Source of the DNA: Polymyxa betae A26-41
Taxonomy: Eukaryota > Protista > Endomyxa: Phytomyxea
Assembly: GCA_003693705.1 (NCBI GenBank)
Contig: RBZT01000641.1
Span: forward strand, 1 to 48,347
Direction of reading: 5' to 3'
Length of the DNA stretch: 48,347 nucleotides
Numbering within the stretch: position 1 is the stretch's first letter; every line of letters begins with the position of its first letter. The notes below the pieces were generated by a model that was not told the origin of the DNA, did no database searches, and was given only the letters and a program-made list of their open reading frames with translations. This document shows, one piece after another, positions 46,345-48,347 of this stretch. A program made the translations under genes and the position numbers.

Positions 46345-47033
46345 ATGGCGATCCCTCCGACCGCCACACTGGTCGGCGCGTTTCTGGTCGTACTGGCCCT
46401 GAGCGTGACCCGCGGCGCCGACCCCAACGATCCCTCCCCGTCGTCTTCATCATCATCCGCGTCAGAACTGGATATCCGCGAGACACAGGTTACGTTTCCT
46501 CCAGCTGCAACGTTTCCGCCGGCGATTCGGCCGCGTGATGAAACGCGCCTCGATTCTGCCCTCCGCCGCGCCTCCGAGACCCGCGACGCTCTCGAGCCGC
46601 TGCTGGAAGCCACCGTTCGGCGAAGCCACCTGGATGAGATCGTGCCCGTACTGGCCCGGTTCGGTTATGTGGCGTGGTTCCCGGCCACGGCTTTGACGAT
46701 CTTTCTCGCTACTGCAACCGGTGTCAGCGCATTCGGCTGTTCGCTCTGTTGAGCGCTCCGTTTGTTTTCGGCGGCGCTTTTTGGGTCGCCGATTCCATCA
46801 ATGACAGCTTGGCGGAGTGGTGGATGAGATGCGGCGTCAACGACGATTTCGTTCGGTGTCTCGTGGTCGTCGCCAGTGAAGATTGTTTCGTTTCTGGCCT
46901 CCGTCACGATTCTGCTGTCTCAATAAATCACTTCATTTCTGCCTCTCGGAGAATGATTCAGAATCACAGCGAGCTCTGCGACGAGGTCGCAGTCACTGAG
47001 CTCGTTCTAACATTGTTATGGATCTGGAACTAA
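46345..47033 (+). CDS. Family member G, paralog of member C (1-nt frameshift near 46736; 3' end uncertain)
   Basis: ATG 46345; signal peptide; Ser-rich linker; LEPLLEATVRRSHLDEIVPVLAR nearly identical to member C; adding one G to ttcggctg continues the hydrophobic segment as GLFALLSAPFVFGGAFWVADSIND. Confidence 0.7.
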
Positions 47034-48347
47034 GCCGGGCTTTGGTAGAATTGATATCTCCATGCAGATTTCATCGAGCACGAAACGCCACCCAGCGCTC
47101 GTATAACGTGATTCGTCAAAGCATCAGAGCAAGAGCGTTCAGCTGAGCGATTAGATGATGCTCGTCTCTGCAATTCGCAGACTTCAGCTTCGCTTATTTT
47201 TTTTGCGACTATTATTGAAGAGATTTTTTACGATGGAATTTCAGAATCAACAGGTTTCCCGCCATTATGAATGTGACTGTGATAAGTACGGATTTTCGTG
47301 CGCGAGGCTTAGAAAAATTCTACCGTGATCGTTGGAGATTTTTGCGCTGTTATTGATTAAGCGATCGGATGCATTTTTCCGGATGAATCCATTGATCAGA
47401 CGATTCGATCTTTGAATGCGTGATAGCCCAACATCCCAACCGGGGCCAGCTGGACCTGCATGACGTGTTGCCGGGCGGTGTGAGACGGTCAGCCTGGTCA
47501 AGTACGGGCTCGTTAATATGCAATGAATTTCGGTGACTCAACGCCATTTCAGCTTGGCGATATGATGGACCGAAGATGGAGTAGAATAGGACACTGCTCT
47601 CACAATGTCTATGATTGACTGCTATCAGCATGAAGCCGTGCAGATGTGCTGCAGTAGATACAACGGGTTTGGTCCTGGGTTCGAGTCTGTCCAAGGAAAT
47701 GTTTTTTTTTGGAGGATTTCCCGATGCTATCAAACACTGTGGGAGAGAGGAAATCACGTTCTGTGAGGAAAACAATCATTGGAAAATGCAGGGTGGTGCA
47801 ACCCTCCAGGACAGATTGGTCCATTGACTACCTTGAAAACCGAATGGAGCATCGAATCAAGCTGGTGGCGACCGCAAACGCTTTGAGCTCATTCTTGCAA
47901 GATTCCAGTGAATTTGACAGATTCGTACAATGCCAGAACATTTGTAGAGCTTATCCGATCGTCGTATGAGAGCTCAAGAAACAGTTTTGACATTTTGGTC
48001 AACAATCGTCTAGACTCAATAATTTTCGTGTTTCTCATCAAAGTCCTCCGGATGCCTAAAGACCCTTCTGCAATCGTCACCCTCTGCAGCAGTTGTATGT
48101 TTGTTAGACGGGAGAGGGTTTTGAACTGGAATGTGTTTGAAGAAGTGTTTTATTTGATAGCATGCAAGCGGAAGACAATGCTTCCGGTTGAATTAGCGTG
48201 AGTCAACGCTATTGATATCTCGAGATTGATCTAACAGCGCTCATATGCTAACACGCCCCTTCGCTGTTGACATCGAGAGTTTCTTTGATTGATAAAGTGG
48301 GGCTGTAATCTGGATCTCCATCTTCTGCAAATCCAATGCGCATCTTT

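Overview
Eukaryotic (protist-like) genomic DNA, not prokaryotic: there are spliceosomal GT-AG introns, Pol III tRNA genes with oligo-T terminators, and many short TTAGGG/TTTAGGG telomere-like motifs. Gene content (orphan 7TM paralogs, a secreted ankyrin protein, small signal-peptide proteins) would fit a plasmodiophorid-like parasite, but that assignment is inference only. The window is a mosaic of short GC-rich intronless genes in AT-richer DNA full of decayed transposons and duplications. Supported content: two paralogous GPCR-like 7TM genes; seven co-oriented small genes with a signal peptide, hydrophobic hairpin and (mostly) Arg-rich tail that appear to be one divergent family; tRNA-Thr(AGT) and tRNA-Ser(TGA); two copies of a ~1.4 kb cassette encoding a Uma2-like PD-(D/E)xK protein; a TMEM134/230-like gene; a multi-exon B-box + PH gene; a signal-peptide ankyrin gene; a BTB/POZ gene; a non-LTR retrotransposon remnant; a TTAA-flanked MITE; a ~1.4 kb-arm inverted duplication; and a ~108 bp tandem array. 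The most unusual signals are the seven-gene membrane protein family and strong enrichment of the word CGTACTG(G) inside the GC-rich genes, in several reading frames and on both strands. Four frameshifts are single-base losses in homopolymers and may be assembly errors. All counts and alignments were done by eye.
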